Shown here: positions 40,362 to 50,790 of the stretch, one piece after another
Numbering within the stretch: the first letter of the stretch is position 1
Layout of the letters: each line of letters begins with the position of its first letter
Position numbers and translations under genes: made by a program
DNA from: an uncultured Thermoplasmata archaeon
GTDB lineage: Archaea; Thermoplasmatota; Thermoplasmata; Halarchaeoplasmatales; Halarchaeoplasmataceae
Assembly (NCBI GenBank): GCA_964462425.1
Contig: CAYWYD010000009.1
Coordinates: forward strand, 1-61,147
Length of the DNA stretch: 61,147 nt
Direction: 5' to 3'
Notes under the pieces: generated by a model
The model's input: the letters and a program-made list of their open reading frames with translations, nothing else
The model's database searches: none
What the model was told of the DNA's origin: nothing

Positions 40362-41219
40362 TTAGGAGATCTCTTTTTCACAAATTCTACCGGTAGAAGG
40401 ATTTCTTTCACTCCTTGGCTCTGCTAACAATTCTCTGGATAGAAGGGCTTTTTTTACTTCCTCTGAAAATTTTTCCTTATCTAAAAGAGAATATCCTATG
40501 ATCTTTTCATTTATCACCAAACAGACAGGCATCGAAAAGATATGGCTCAATTCCTCCGTTTCTTCGAATGGGACGATTATCTTTATCGGGATCTCATCGT
40601 CTAGTCGTCTCAGCTCTTCCAGCACTTCGGTCATCTCTTTTATACTGTACGGACAGGATGCATTACAAAATATCATGGCCTTATCTTCGTCTTCATTTTC
40701 TATCGGTATATTTTTCCCTTCTACAAACATATCATAACCGTCGATTAAAGGATAATAAAGAATATCTTCGTCCTCCGAGACTTGTTTGAATCCATTTTTT
40801 AGATAGAACTCCCTCTTTCTCAGATCTTCCCTTGGTCCGTGGAAAGGATAAGTTATCAGAGCCTTAGCCTTTTCTCCTTCAAAATAGATTTTTGATCTCT
40901 CGAACTCCTCTATCGTCTCCTTTAAAAGAGATTCTCTTATACCTTGGTCTCTTCTATCTTCTCTGGCAAAATTGCACTTGATCTCCACCACTTTTCGTTC
41001 TATCTTTGGGATGTACTGGATAGCTCCAACGATCTTTGAGTCCATATAAGCTATCTTTCCTATAGATCCATATTTTTCAAGATTTTTTCTCATCCATTTC
41101 TTCCAGAGTTCGTTTCCCTCTACGAACATCGGGTCGTCTGAAAGCTCATCAGGTATGCAAAGCCCCTCTAGATTCTCTACATTTTCAATATTTATATCTT
41201 TTATTTTGATTTGTGACAT
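40362..41219 (-). CDS. GNAT-family acetyltransferase, YoaP-like
   Basis: VGAIQYIP, IKC, R.QGI, FYLKNGF, C-terminal CPY. Confidence 0.7.
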   Translation of the reverse strand: MSQIKIKDINIENVENLEGLCIPDELSDDPMFVEGNELWKKWMRKNLEKYGSIGKIAYMDSKIVGAIQYIPKIERKVVEIKCNFAREDRRDQGIRESLLKETIEEFERSKIYFEGEKAKALITYPFHGPREDLRKREFYLKNGFKQVSEDEDILYYPLIDGYDMFVEGKNIPIENEDEDKAMIFCNASCPYSIKEMTEVLEELRRLDDEIPIKIIVPFEETEELSHIFSMPVCLVINEKIIGYSLLDKEKFSEEVKKALLSRELLAEPRSERNPSTGRICEKEIS

Positions 41220-41362
41220 GAATATCCCTCCTCTATCTCCCTACACAAGATAAACGTACATGTAGATAAACTTGCCTATATAGGTCGGTTTTACAATATA
41301 TAAATCCGAATCAAAAATAAAAAGGGAAAGGGTTTTGTTTTTTAGGCGTTGTAACTCTTTAG

Positions 41363-44300
41363 CTACTTTCGTTCGAACCTAGCGTAGATAGCTTCTTCAA
41401 AGCTTGGATTCTGGGAGGTATATTCGTATTCGAATTCGACCTGTTCGCCCATCCTCAACTGGACGAGCTCGGTCTGACCGCCCTCGATCTTGACCAAGTA
41501 ATATCCTGGTTCGAGGTCTTCAGATATATACCATCCGTGGTCACCTGTTACACCGGATTCGATCATGTCAAGTTCGTCACCGTTCTCGTTAGACTCGTAT
41601 ATTTTGACATCTACACCGGTCTCCCCGATAACGTACACGTCTATGCTTGATAGGGTGTATTCACCGAAGTTCACTTCTCGCTCTTCGAGGCATCCCATCC
41701 TCACATGTACCTCTCTAGGTGTGGTATGATACCACTCACAGCAAGCTTTTGGCTGGTAAACCACGTAGTCACCTGGACCTACATCTTCGAATGAGTAGTA
41801 GCCGTGTGCGTCGGTCTCGGTGGAATCTATCGGTTCAGTTCCGATCTTGTTTCCTTGTACATCTGCTTCCCAAAGTTCGACAGTTCTTCCTCTCAGCGGG
41901 ATGTCTCCCACCTCTGGGTCGAATTCGCTGTTCATGTCGAAGTCGTAGAACTTGATCCCTGTTATGTCACCGTATCTGTAGTTGCCGAAGTTGTAACTTA
42001 GCTCGTCTTCAGGCTCTACCTCAATTGTATAGGACTCAGGTGTACTCGCATACCAGTCTTCCTGCATCTCTTCTTCAAGGATGTACATCCCGGGTTCGAC
42101 ACATTCGAACTCGTAGTATCCGTCCTCGTCAGTAACTGTGCTCATGTAGAGATGCCCGTCCATCGGCGCCTCTTCGTTCTCTTCGTACTCGTAAAGGTTG
42201 ATCGTCCATCCTTCTAGGCCGTACTCGATCTCATCGAATTCCTGGTTCATATTGTAGTCGCAGAACTTGTATCCGTCTATGGATCCGCCCGGAACGTTAC
42301 CGAACCAAACTTCTCCGGTCAAGCCGGCTTCGACTTCCACGTATTGTATCAAATCGGTTGTCGGGAACCAACAATCCTGTTCTATCTCCTCAACCGCATA
42401 GGTCCCTGGTAGAAGGTCCTCGAAGGTGTAGCACCCACATCCGCCTGTCTCGTTCGTGCGTATTATCTCACCAAGCGATCCGTCTTCATTGGTTGTCCAC
42501 AGGTTGAATTCCCAACCGGGGAGCATCTCTTCCTCGTCATCCAACTCGCTGTTCATATTTGTGTCGTAGAACTTGCACACCTCTATATGTCCGTACTGTA
42601 CGTTACCGAATTCTACTGTTACTTCTTCAGCGGCTTTTAAGCTAACCATCTGTTCTAGAGCCGTTGTATTGTGCCATCCTGTCGGTAAGTTCTCCGTGAT
42701 AACATATGTTCCCTCGTCAACATACCATGACCATTCTCCGAATACCTCTAAATTGTATTCTACGGTGATACCACTGCCGAGATCTCCAAAGATATCGAAC
42801 CAAACGCTGTCGATCACCAGTTCTTCGTCTACATCGTAATTCATGTTCATATTAGCGTCGTTATACTTCACGATGGTTATCTCTGGATATTTGTAGTTGC
42901 CGAAGTTCACTAAGGTACACGAGTTACAGCAGGTCATCACCACTTCTACCTTCGATTCGGTCGTGTTGATCCATGCCTCCGGATCTTCATCTTCTGGGAG
43001 CAATTCTTCAACGTAGTACGTGCCTACTGTTAGCCCTTCGAAGAAGTAATATCCGTTCGGCTGTGTTTCGGTCGTCTGGATGACCTCTTCATCCTCGTTC
43101 AGTAACTGTATCGGCCAACCTCCTAACACCCAATCGTTCCGCTGATCGAAGTATCCGGTCTGCTGAGAATCGAAGTACTTTATACCGTAGATATCCTTGT
43201 ACATACAGTTGGCGAACTCGATCTTTTCACTCGTTTCACACGACTCCACGTAGACCGGTACCACGTCGGGCTTCACATTGTACCATCCTTCGTACATCTC
43301 TTCCTCGACGAAGTATTCACCGGGTGCAACGCAGTCGAAGTAGAAATCTCCGGATCTATCGGTCGTGGTCGTAGCTATTTTCTCTCCGGGTTCTCCATCG
43401 ACGTTCGTCCACAGATATATCTCCCAGTCCATCAACGGTTTGTCTAATCCGAGGTCGAAATTCCCGTCGGCTTCTATATCGAGGAACTTCATCCCTTCGA
43501 TACTACCGCCGCGGACGTTTCCGAAGTGTAGATTGTACGTTTCGTCGTCGTAAACCTCTACGTGCTGTAACAGACCAGTGGTTGATGCCCAGCAGCACTC
43601 TTCTTCTCCTACCTCAGGCTTGATCTCCTGTACAACATAGTTACCAAGTTCTAGGTCTTCAAAGGTGTAAATCCCCTCGACCGTGCTTACAGGATCACCT
43701 ATCTCGCCGTCCGGGATCGGATTCCCGTCCTCATCTGCATACCAAAGCTGGAAGTCGAATCCGTCGATCAGTTGTTCATCGTCGTTCCATTCGCCGTCGT
43801 AGTTCTCGTCGTGGAACTTGTGGACAGTTATATCTCCGAAGACTTCTTCTTTAGCGTTTCCGAACCAGATCTCTACGTCTTCGCATCTATCCCAGAATGA
43901 TATATCTACGTAACCGTCTATGATCTCGAAGTCGTCATAGTCCGCTCCGTCCTCTGATCCACCTATCACTGTTCCGCCGGTAAAGTACCATTCTTCCTCT
44001 CCGTGATCCAGATATTCCCTGACCTTGTAATGATCGTTGCATTCGATCTCGAATTCAAGATATCCGTCACTATCAGTCCATCCTTCGTCGATCAAATACC
44101 ACGGGTTGCTGAGGATCTCCTCTTCGCCACCTCTCGGACCCGGGTTCCAGCATTCGTCATGCTGATAGATTTCAAAGTACCAATTCTCTATGGGTTCGTC
44201 TCCCTGGTCGTATTCCCCGTTTTCATTAACGTCCCAATATTTGAATAAAGTGACGTCTCCGTATAAAGGACACGTGGGCACGTCGTTCTCAACTATCTCG

Positions 44301-44461
44301 CTTTTTTCTTCACCGGTTGTTTCTCGTTCATCGTTTCCACCTATTGTAATTTCACTGCCTTCCCCTATCTGGGAAGCACTGTCTATCACTGAGGCTCCAA
44401 TTCCTAGGCTGCTAATAGAGAGAAAAACTGCTATCAACAGCACTAACACATATTGTTTCAT
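41363..44461 (-). CDS. Secreted Cys-rich protein of about 8 SdrD-B/CnaB-like repeats
   Basis: Signal peptide; repeats K[FY]xDxxxxGxxD...G[YW]xFxxL.PG.YxVxE...FGN; no C-terminal TM. Confidence 0.85.
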   Translation of the reverse strand: MKQYVLVLLIAVFLSISSLGIGASVIDSASQIGEGSEITIGGNDERETTGEEKSEIVENDVPTCPLYGDVTLFKYWDVNENGEYDQGDEPIENWYFEIYQHDECWNPGPRGGEEEILSNPWYLIDEGWTDSDGYLEFEIECNDHYKVREYLDHGEEEWYFTGGTVIGGSEDGADYDDFEIIDGYVDISFWDRCEDVEIWFGNAKEEVFGDITVHKFHDENYDGEWNDDEQLIDGFDFQLWYADEDGNPIPDGEIGDPVSTVEGIYTFEDLELGNYVVQEIKPEVGEEECCWASTTGLLQHVEVYDDETYNLHFGNVRGGSIEGMKFLDIEADGNFDLGLDKPLMDWEIYLWTNVDGEPGEKIATTTTDRSGDFYFDCVAPGEYFVEEEMYEGWYNVKPDVVPVYVESCETSEKIEFANCMYKDIYGIKYFDSQQTGYFDQRNDWVLGGWPIQLLNEDEEVIQTTETQPNGYYFFEGLTVGTYYVEELLPEDEDPEAWINTTESKVEVVMTCCNSCTLVNFGNYKYPEITIVKYNDANMNMNYDVDEELVIDSVWFDIFGDLGSGITVEYNLEVFGEWSWYVDEGTYVITENLPTGWHNTTALEQMVSLKAAEEVTVEFGNVQYGHIEVCKFYDTNMNSELDDEEEMLPGWEFNLWTTNEDGSLGEIIRTNETGGCGCYTFEDLLPGTYAVEEIEQDCWFPTTDLIQYVEVEAGLTGEVWFGNVPGGSIDGYKFCDYNMNQEFDEIEYGLEGWTINLYEYEENEEAPMDGHLYMSTVTDEDGYYEFECVEPGMYILEEEMQEDWYASTPESYTIEVEPEDELSYNFGNYRYGDITGIKFYDFDMNSEFDPEVGDIPLRGRTVELWEADVQGNKIGTEPIDSTETDAHGYYSFEDVGPGDYVVYQPKACCEWYHTTPREVHVRMGCLEEREVNFGEYTLSSIDVYVIGETGVDVKIYESNENGDELDMIESGVTGDHGWYISEDLEPGYYLVKIEGGQTELVQLRMGEQVEFEYEYTSQNPSFEEAIYARFERK

Positions 44462-44644
44462 CTTTTTTCACCTAATATAGGATAGTCTTACTAGTATATA
44501 AAGATATAGTCTACAAGAAAAAACTACCTAATTTATCATAAAATACATAGAAAAAATTATTAATATATAGTTAATTTGAGAGATATGCTTGGATCGCAGT
44601 ACGATCAAAAATCTATAAAAAAAAAGAAAAAAGTTTTGAAAAAC

Positions 44645-45067
44645 TCACTTTGTAGGATCGGACCCTGCTGGTTCAACCGAAATGGCTTTTTTCAAGTGAG
44701 TAGGTCTTCTTTTATTCATCGTTTTTAGAGAACCATCTTTCTTAGGCTCTGTTGATCTAGACCTGCTTCTCAAAAGATGTCTGTACCCATCTGAGATCAA
44801 TGTTCCGATGGTCCAGGTCAGTCCGAGGATCACCAGGTTGATCGACCAAAATCCTATGAACACCGCGATGAAATAGTTCTGGTATTCCAAATTTGTCAGG
44901 AGTAGGTTTGCTTCATTGGAAACTTCCGTAGGGACCGGTGTCCTCGTGATGAACAGATAGGCGGGACCAAGGGACGGCCAGAACAAAAATAGCCCCTTTA
45001 ACCAAGTTGGCCAATTTTTCCACTTTACTTTTTCAGATAGTAGTAGTATCTTTAGTTTTAAGCTCAT
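44645..45067 (-). CDS. Hypothetical membrane protein
   Basis: RBS ggagggt, two hydrophobic segments. Confidence 0.55.
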   Translation of the reverse strand: MSLKLKILLLSEKVKWKNWPTWLKGLFLFWPSLGPAYLFITRTPVPTEVSNEANLLLTNLEYQNYFIAVFIGFWSINLVILGLTWTIGTLISDGYRHLLRSRSRSTEPKKDGSLKTMNKRRPTHLKKAISVEPAGSDPTK

Positions 45068-45341
45068 CTTAAACCCTCCGATACAATAACGAGGTTAAAG
45101 TATATAAAACTATCTAAGATAAATAGATTGTTCATAAGATAAATATTCATGATATCTCAACCCCTATATATTTTTGCGCTCTTTGAAATAGAGTGGCCAT
45201 ACTGAGGATTATTAAATGTATAAGAATTTCGAGTGTATTATCTGAGGCTAGTAAGGATATTATTATCGAACCCCCTTTCGGTCGGGAACTGCAAAAAAAA
45301 TATTAGGAGAGGTTGATTTAAGAGATGACCAAGGTAAAGTC

Positions 45342-45878
45342 TTGACCGAGGCAGTCTGTATATGTGGGGTAGCGCTCCTGATCATAATTGTTCACATAAT
45401 TTTAGCTGTCTGGATCTATAAAGATGCGGAGAGTAGAGGAGAGAAAGGGGTATTATGGTTGTTAGTGTTCCTTGTCGGAGGCATAATCGGTTTGATCATC
45501 TGGTTGATAGTAAGACCTCCTAAAGGGTCTCCACCCGATTTTGGAGACGACGAATACTATGACGGTCCCACAAGGGTGACCAGCAGTACAAATTTTGAGT
45601 CGATATTTTTTCCGATCAGATCAAACGATCTATCCTCATACCAGTACGCTCTCTCTGGTCGAATCCCGGCAGTACATACATGCGGAGTTGCTCTTCTTCA
45701 ACCGCACTCTGATCTCTTCGAAATCCGGCTTAGGGGGAAGACTGAATATGTTCAGGTCAGCCTGTGGGGCCTTTTCCAACCATTCTTCGGTGCTGGTAGG
45801 CTTGACTTGAACGTCGTCGACGGGCAATCTCGCTTCGGTCAAGAGTTTGTTTACATTCTCTTTAACTTCTTCGATTGA
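45342..45878 (+). CDS. Small membrane protein with PLDc_N-like N-terminus; 3' half doubtful
   Basis: WIYKDA..RG....W.......GLIIWLIVRP; last 243 bp overlap the opposite-strand permease. Confidence 0.55.
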   Translation: MTEAVCICGVALLIIIVHIILAVWIYKDAESRGEKGVLWLLVFLVGGIIGLIIWLIVRPPKGSPPDFGDDEYYDGPTRVTSSTNFESIFFPIRSNDLSSYQYALSGRIPAVHTCGVALLQPHSDLFEIRLRGKTEYVQVSLWGLFQPFFGAGRLDLNVVDGQSRFGQEFVYILFNFFD

Positions 45879-47798
45879 CTCTTCGTCTTCCGTTGGGACG
45901 AGAAGGTTGAGTTCGGCGTGCCAATTCAATTTTAGCTTATACGCTGTCAGGATCGAAAGGTCGCAGTTAGGAAGCTTTTCTGATGACTTCCACTTCTGAC
46001 ACTGCCTCGGAAGCCACAGATTCACCTTTTTGTGCTGACCGAGCCCAGCCGAAGGATGGTTCGCAAAGAGGATGATGCCGAACCTGTTTTCTGTCACCTT
46101 TTTCATCAGCTCCGTTATCTCTCTCTCCCTTCCCTCATCCCTAGGCATCCTCAGGAATACGATGTTCGGGCTGAACAACGATCTTTTCAGGGTCTGCATG
46201 CTGCTGGATGTGACTTCAGAAAACCCCTTTCCTTCTATGATGGTCCAGTCCGAATAGATACCCTGCTCTTTGAATGTTCCTGCAAGATCTCTGAACTGCC
46301 TTTCGATCCTCTCGTTCCGTTTCTCTATATCGACTCCCAGCATGCTGACTGATCCTCTAGGATAAGTTATATCGCTGACCAGTTCGGAAACGCCTCTGAC
46401 CTCACTGGAATCTTTAGCCGGGATAAGAAAATTGGGGACCCAGGCCCTTTCCTGCGAGCTGGGTAGGTCCTTCGATTTTTTAGCCGCCCATTCCGCTAGA
46501 GCTACGAACAGGCTGCTCCTCACGTCCCCGTATTCAGTATCGCTTTGGAGTTCCCTGTGCATCAAAATGTAGTAAAACCCCGTGACGACCAGGACCGCGA
46601 CTACACTGAAGATTGGATTGATGATGAACATCGCGAAGAAGCACCCGCCGGCTCCGATGATAGGCACGACCTTCGGGATCTTCAGGATCGGTCTAAAACT
46701 GACCAGCTCAAGCTGCTGCTCCAGAAGGATAACGACGTTTATCATCGCATAGGTCAATAGAAAGAACATCGTTATCAGCGGAGCTATAGTGTTCAGGTCT
46801 CTCAGCAGAAGGCCCATGGCAACTATGACTGCAGTTAACATGATAGCGTTCCTGGGCTCACCCGAGCTCGACTTCTTCGATAACCACTCGTTGCCCGGCA
46901 AGATGTTGTGAGCGCTCATGGCCTGTAAGATCCTGGAGGCGCCGACCATGGAGTTGAGGGCAGAGGAGAAAGTAGCTGCGAGTAGACCTCCGAGCACAAG
47001 GGGTCCATAAAACGCCTTATCTATCATTATCGTGAAGTTGGAGGCGAGTTCCGCGGGAGAGGCCAAACCGGCCAACCAGTAAGCGAGCAGCATGTATATG
47101 ACCACGCTGACGAGTATGGCTGAAAGGGTACCCACAGGGATGGCGTGCCTCGGATCCTCCAACTCGCCGGACATGTTCGCGCCGGCGAGTATTCCAGTCG
47201 CGGCTGGAAAGAAGACCGCGAAAACTATCCAGAACGACCCTTCCGTTCTCGGGGCCGTCATGTGGTAGGAAACATCGAAATTGACCCCGGCGGCCATGAA
47301 GGAGATTATAGCGCCGATAACCACGGCTAGAACGAAGTACTGCAGCTTGAAAGCGAATGATGTGCTTATGAAGACGATCAGGAACAATGCGATGAAGACT
47401 ACGAAATCTATGAGCAGGGGAGAGTACTGCGGGAAGAGCATCCTCAAACCTTCCCTGAACCCGAATATGTACATGACCATCGAAAGTGACAGGGAGATGT
47501 AAAGGGGAACGCCGATGCTACCCCCCACTTCCATGCCGAGAGATCGAGATATTATCGAATAGGCGCCTCCGGGACCTATCTTCATATTGGTCACTATGGA
47601 GGACATCGAGAGGGCGGTGATCCCGGTGATGAAAAAGGCCAATCCGATGACTAAGAACGCGCCCAAGAGACCTACTTGACCGACCACCCATCCGAGCCTT
47701 AAAAACAGTATGACCCCGAGTATCGTCAATAAAGTCGGGACGAACACTCCGCTGAGCGTGCCGAATTTTTTCTGCTTGTCACCCTCTTCGGAACTCAT
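45636..47798 (-). CDS. SLC12/CCC-family cation-chloride cotransporter (APC superfamily)
   Basis: KFGT..GVFVPT...ILGVILFLR, GGAYSIISRSLG.E.GGSIG, FFPAATGILAGANMSG.L, cytoplasmic C-domain. Confidence 0.88.
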   Translation of the reverse strand: MSSEEGDKQKKFGTLSGVFVPTLLTILGVILFLRLGWVVGQVGLLGAFLVIGLAFFITGITALSMSSIVTNMKIGPGGAYSIISRSLGMEVGGSIGVPLYISLSLSMVMYIFGFREGLRMLFPQYSPLLIDFVVFIALFLIVFISTSFAFKLQYFVLAVVIGAIISFMAAGVNFDVSYHMTAPRTEGSFWIVFAVFFPAATGILAGANMSGELEDPRHAIPVGTLSAILVSVVIYMLLAYWLAGLASPAELASNFTIMIDKAFYGPLVLGGLLAATFSSALNSMVGASRILQAMSAHNILPGNEWLSKKSSSGEPRNAIMLTAVIVAMGLLLRDLNTIAPLITMFFLLTYAMINVVILLEQQLELVSFRPILKIPKVVPIIGAGGCFFAMFIINPIFSVVAVLVVTGFYYILMHRELQSDTEYGDVRSSLFVALAEWAAKKSKDLPSSQERAWVPNFLIPAKDSSEVRGVSELVSDITYPRGSVSMLGVDIEKRNERIERQFRDLAGTFKEQGIYSDWTIIEGKGFSEVTSSSMQTLKRSLFSPNIVFLRMPRDEGREREITELMKKVTENRFGIILFANHPSAGLGQHKKVNLWLPRQCQKWKSSEKLPNCDLSILTAYKLKLNWHAELNLLVPTEDEESIEEVKENVNKLLTEARLPVDDVQVKPTSTEEWLEKAPQADLNIFSLPPKPDFEEIRVRLKKSNSACMYCRDSTRESVLV

Positions 47799-47995
47799 TT
47801 TCTCTAATCATAGAGAAAGTAGTATAAATAAGTATCACGGATATCCGCGATGAGGGGAAACCAGAAGAGCTTCCAGGATACTTTTCTAGGAAAATCACAA
47901 AAAATTTTTATAAAATTCTTTCTTTAGCATTGTTGATCGATGTTAGATCCATCTCAAAGTGAGCTATCAAGAAACATAGATGGGGGTCTATCTTT

Positions 47996-50689
47996 CTGTC
48001 TTCAGAAAAAAAAACCGTAGAGAAACCTTGGTCAAAATCTCCCGATGATGTCCTGGGTCACCATCAGGTTTCATTAGATGAAGGGCTGGACGAAAAAGAA
48101 GTGAAAAAAAGAAGAAAGAAGTTCGGCCGGAACAAGCTCAAGGAGACGAAGAAGAAGAGTCGATGGAAGATCCTGGTAGAGCAGTTCAAAAGTGTTTTGG
48201 TAATACTTCTGGGAATCGCTGCGATCGTCTCTATTTTTATGAAAGATTACATAGAGGGTGTTTCGATCCTAGCGGTTCTAGTGATCAACGCCGTCATCGG
48301 TTTCGTTACCGAAGCTAGAGCCGTGAGTTCTATGGAAGCTCTCCGAGAGATGACGAAGATAGATACTCACGTACGGAGAAAAGGAGATATAAAAGAGATC
48401 CCAGCTAATGAATTGGTCCCGGGTGATATAGTTACGCTGCAGTCCGGAGACATGGTTCCGGCGGACCTAAGAGTGGTCGAGTCCTCAAAACTTCAGGCCG
48501 ACGAGGCCGCCTTGACGGGAGAATCCATCCCGGTCAGCAAGACCACTGAAGCGGTTGAAGAAGATATTCCTTTAGCTGAAAGAGAGAACATGCTCTATAA
48601 GGGCACTTACCTGACCAGAGGTACCGCCGAGGGGGTAGTCGTTTCTACGGGGACAGAGACCGAACTGGGTCAGATATCCGAATCCATAGAGGAAGCCGAG
48701 GAAGAGACGACTCCCCTGGAAAGGAAACTCAACACACTCGGTCAGAAGCTGATCCCTCTTCTGGTCGTCGTCGCCGGTATCGTAGGGTTAGCGGGATGGA
48801 TCAGAGGTATGGACCTCTATCTGATGATCGAAACTGCTATCGCTTTAGCTATAGCTACCGTACCGGAAGGCCTCCCTATCGTTGCCACTCTAGTCCTGGC
48901 GAGGGGGATGATCAGGATGGCTAAGCAGAACGCTCTCTTGAGCAGACTTTCTTCCGTCGAAACTTTAGGTTCCACGAACATAATCTGTTCAGATAAGACT
49001 GGGACTTTAACAGAGAACAGGATGACCGTGAGCAGGTACGAGACCGAGGACCGTTCCGTGGATGTGACCGGAACCGGTCTGGATACCCGGGGAGATTTTG
49101 TATGCCAGGGAGAGGAAAAAGATAGGCCGGACGACCCCGTTTTGAAAGAAACGCTCGAAGTGGGTGTTCTTTGTAACAACGCATCTTTCACTGAACATGA
49201 AGGCGAAAAGGAGATGATGGGCGATCCTTTGGAAGTTTCTCTACTGATAGCCGGGATCAAAGGGGGTATGGAAAGAGACCGTCTGCTCGAACAGATGCCC
49301 GAGAGCAGAGAAGTCTCCTTCGACCCATCGGTGAAGATGATGGCCACCTATCACGAGAGAGAGGAGGGGTACAAGGTCGCGGTGAAAGGTGCCCCTGAAA
49401 GCGTTTTAGATTCTTCCTCCAAAGTGATGACGTCGGAAGGGATCGAAGAATTGACTTCTAAACAAAAGGAGAAATGGATGCAGAAGAACGAACGGATGGC
49501 GGAAGACGGGTTGAGGATATTGGCGCTCGCGAAAAAAGATGTCGAGAGTACGGAGGAAGAACCCTATGAGGGCTTGACTTTTCTAGGACTAGTCGGGATG
49601 ATGGATCCCCCGAGGGAAGAGGTCAAACCTGCGATAAAGAAGTGTCAAGATGCAGGTATCAGGGTTGAGATGGTAACCGGGGATCACGCCGCTACGGCTA
49701 AAAATGTCGGGTACAGCGTCGGTCTCACCGACTCGGAAGATATCGAGGTGGTAGAGGGCAGTGAACTCGACGATCCCGAGCGTCTAGATGAGGATGAATT
49801 CAAACGTTTCGTGGACGCTCCCATCTTCGCTAGGGTGAATCCGGAAAACAAGTTGGACCTGATAGAGATCCACCAGGAGAACGGTTCTATCGTCGCGATG
49901 ACTGGAGACGGCGTGAACGACGCCCCGGCGCTGAAGAAAGCGGACATCGGGATAGCGATGGGTGAGAGAGGGACTCAGGTGGCGAAAGAGGCCGCAGATA
50001 TGATCCTCCAGGACGATAATTTTTCAACCATAGAACGAGCTGTTAAAGAGGGCAGGATAATATTCAGGAATATCCAAAAATTTGTCATCTATCTCCTCTC
50101 AGGTAATATAGGCGAAATACTAGCCATATTTATTGCATTTTTAATTGGTTTTCCACTGCTTCTTCTACCTCTGCAGATCCTTTTCCTCAATGTAGTACTC
50201 GACGTATTCCCAGCCTTCGCACTGGGAGCTTGTCGCGGCACTGAAAATATTATGGAAACCCAACCAAGAGATCCTGATGAACCGATCTTGACTAGGGAAA
50301 AGAAGTACGAGTTAGGACTTTATGGTGTCTTGATATCAGTAGTAACTGTGGCCTCTATGGCTACAGCTGGTGAAATCTTCCCAATTGATATGTCCGACCA
50401 TAAGATTGTTACTATCTCATTTTTGACCCTAGCATTTGCAAGACTTTTCCACGTCTTCAATATGCGCGAATTGAGCTCTGGTATCCTGAAAAACGAGGTC
50501 ACGAAGAACAAGTACGTGTGGGGCGCTTTAGGATTGTGCACTTTGATCTTGATCGCTGCGGTTTACCTCCCGGGTATCTCCACCGTTCTCAAAACCGTAG
50601 ACCCGGGTCCTGTCGGCTGGCTGTTGGTCATCGGGATGAGCCTGATACCTCTATTGATAGGGCAGGTGGAAAGAGAGTTGAGAGGATGA
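47996..50689 (+). CDS. P-type cation-transporting ATPase (type II, Ca2+/Na+-like); probable CTG start
   Basis: TGES, PEGL, DKTGT, KGAPE, DPPR, TGD, GDGVND; frame open upstream of 48101 through a conserved N-terminus (KPW...GL). Confidence 0.9.
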   Translation: MSSEKKTVEKPWSKSPDDVLGHHQVSLDEGLDEKEVKKRRKKFGRNKLKETKKKSRWKILVEQFKSVLVILLGIAAIVSIFMKDYIEGVSILAVLVINAVIGFVTEARAVSSMEALREMTKIDTHVRRKGDIKEIPANELVPGDIVTLQSGDMVPADLRVVESSKLQADEAALTGESIPVSKTTEAVEEDIPLAERENMLYKGTYLTRGTAEGVVVSTGTETELGQISESIEEAEEETTPLERKLNTLGQKLIPLLVVVAGIVGLAGWIRGMDLYLMIETAIALAIATVPEGLPIVATLVLARGMIRMAKQNALLSRLSSVETLGSTNIICSDKTGTLTENRMTVSRYETEDRSVDVTGTGLDTRGDFVCQGEEKDRPDDPVLKETLEVGVLCNNASFTEHEGEKEMMGDPLEVSLLIAGIKGGMERDRLLEQMPESREVSFDPSVKMMATYHEREEGYKVAVKGAPESVLDSSSKVMTSEGIEELTSKQKEKWMQKNERMAEDGLRILALAKKDVESTEEEPYEGLTFLGLVGMMDPPREEVKPAIKKCQDAGIRVEMVTGDHAATAKNVGYSVGLTDSEDIEVVEGSELDDPERLDEDEFKRFVDAPIFARVNPENKLDLIEIHQENGSIVAMTGDGVNDAPALKKADIGIAMGERGTQVAKEAADMILQDDNFSTIERAVKEGRIIFRNIQKFVIYLLSGNIGEILAIFIAFLIGFPLLLLPLQILFLNVVLDVFPAFALGACRGTENIMETQPRDPDEPILTREKKYELGLYGVLISVVTVASMATAGEIFPIDMSDHKIVTISFLTLAFARLFHVFNMRELSSGILKNEVTKNKYVWGALGLCTLILIAAVYLPGISTVLKTVDPGPVGWLLVIGMSLIPLLIGQVERELRG

Positions 50690-50790
50690 CCTACTGTTTG
50701 CTGTAGAAGCAATAGGAGATGGATGCTTGAGAAGATAGATATTGGAAAGAAGTTTTTTCTGAGCGTCTTTGGTTCAGGATCTAAAAGACC

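Noticed and set aside
40157..40411. 84-aa minus-strand ORF with a TM-like stretch
   Set aside because: Overlaps both neighbours, and its 3' half is an antisense shadow of acidic codons
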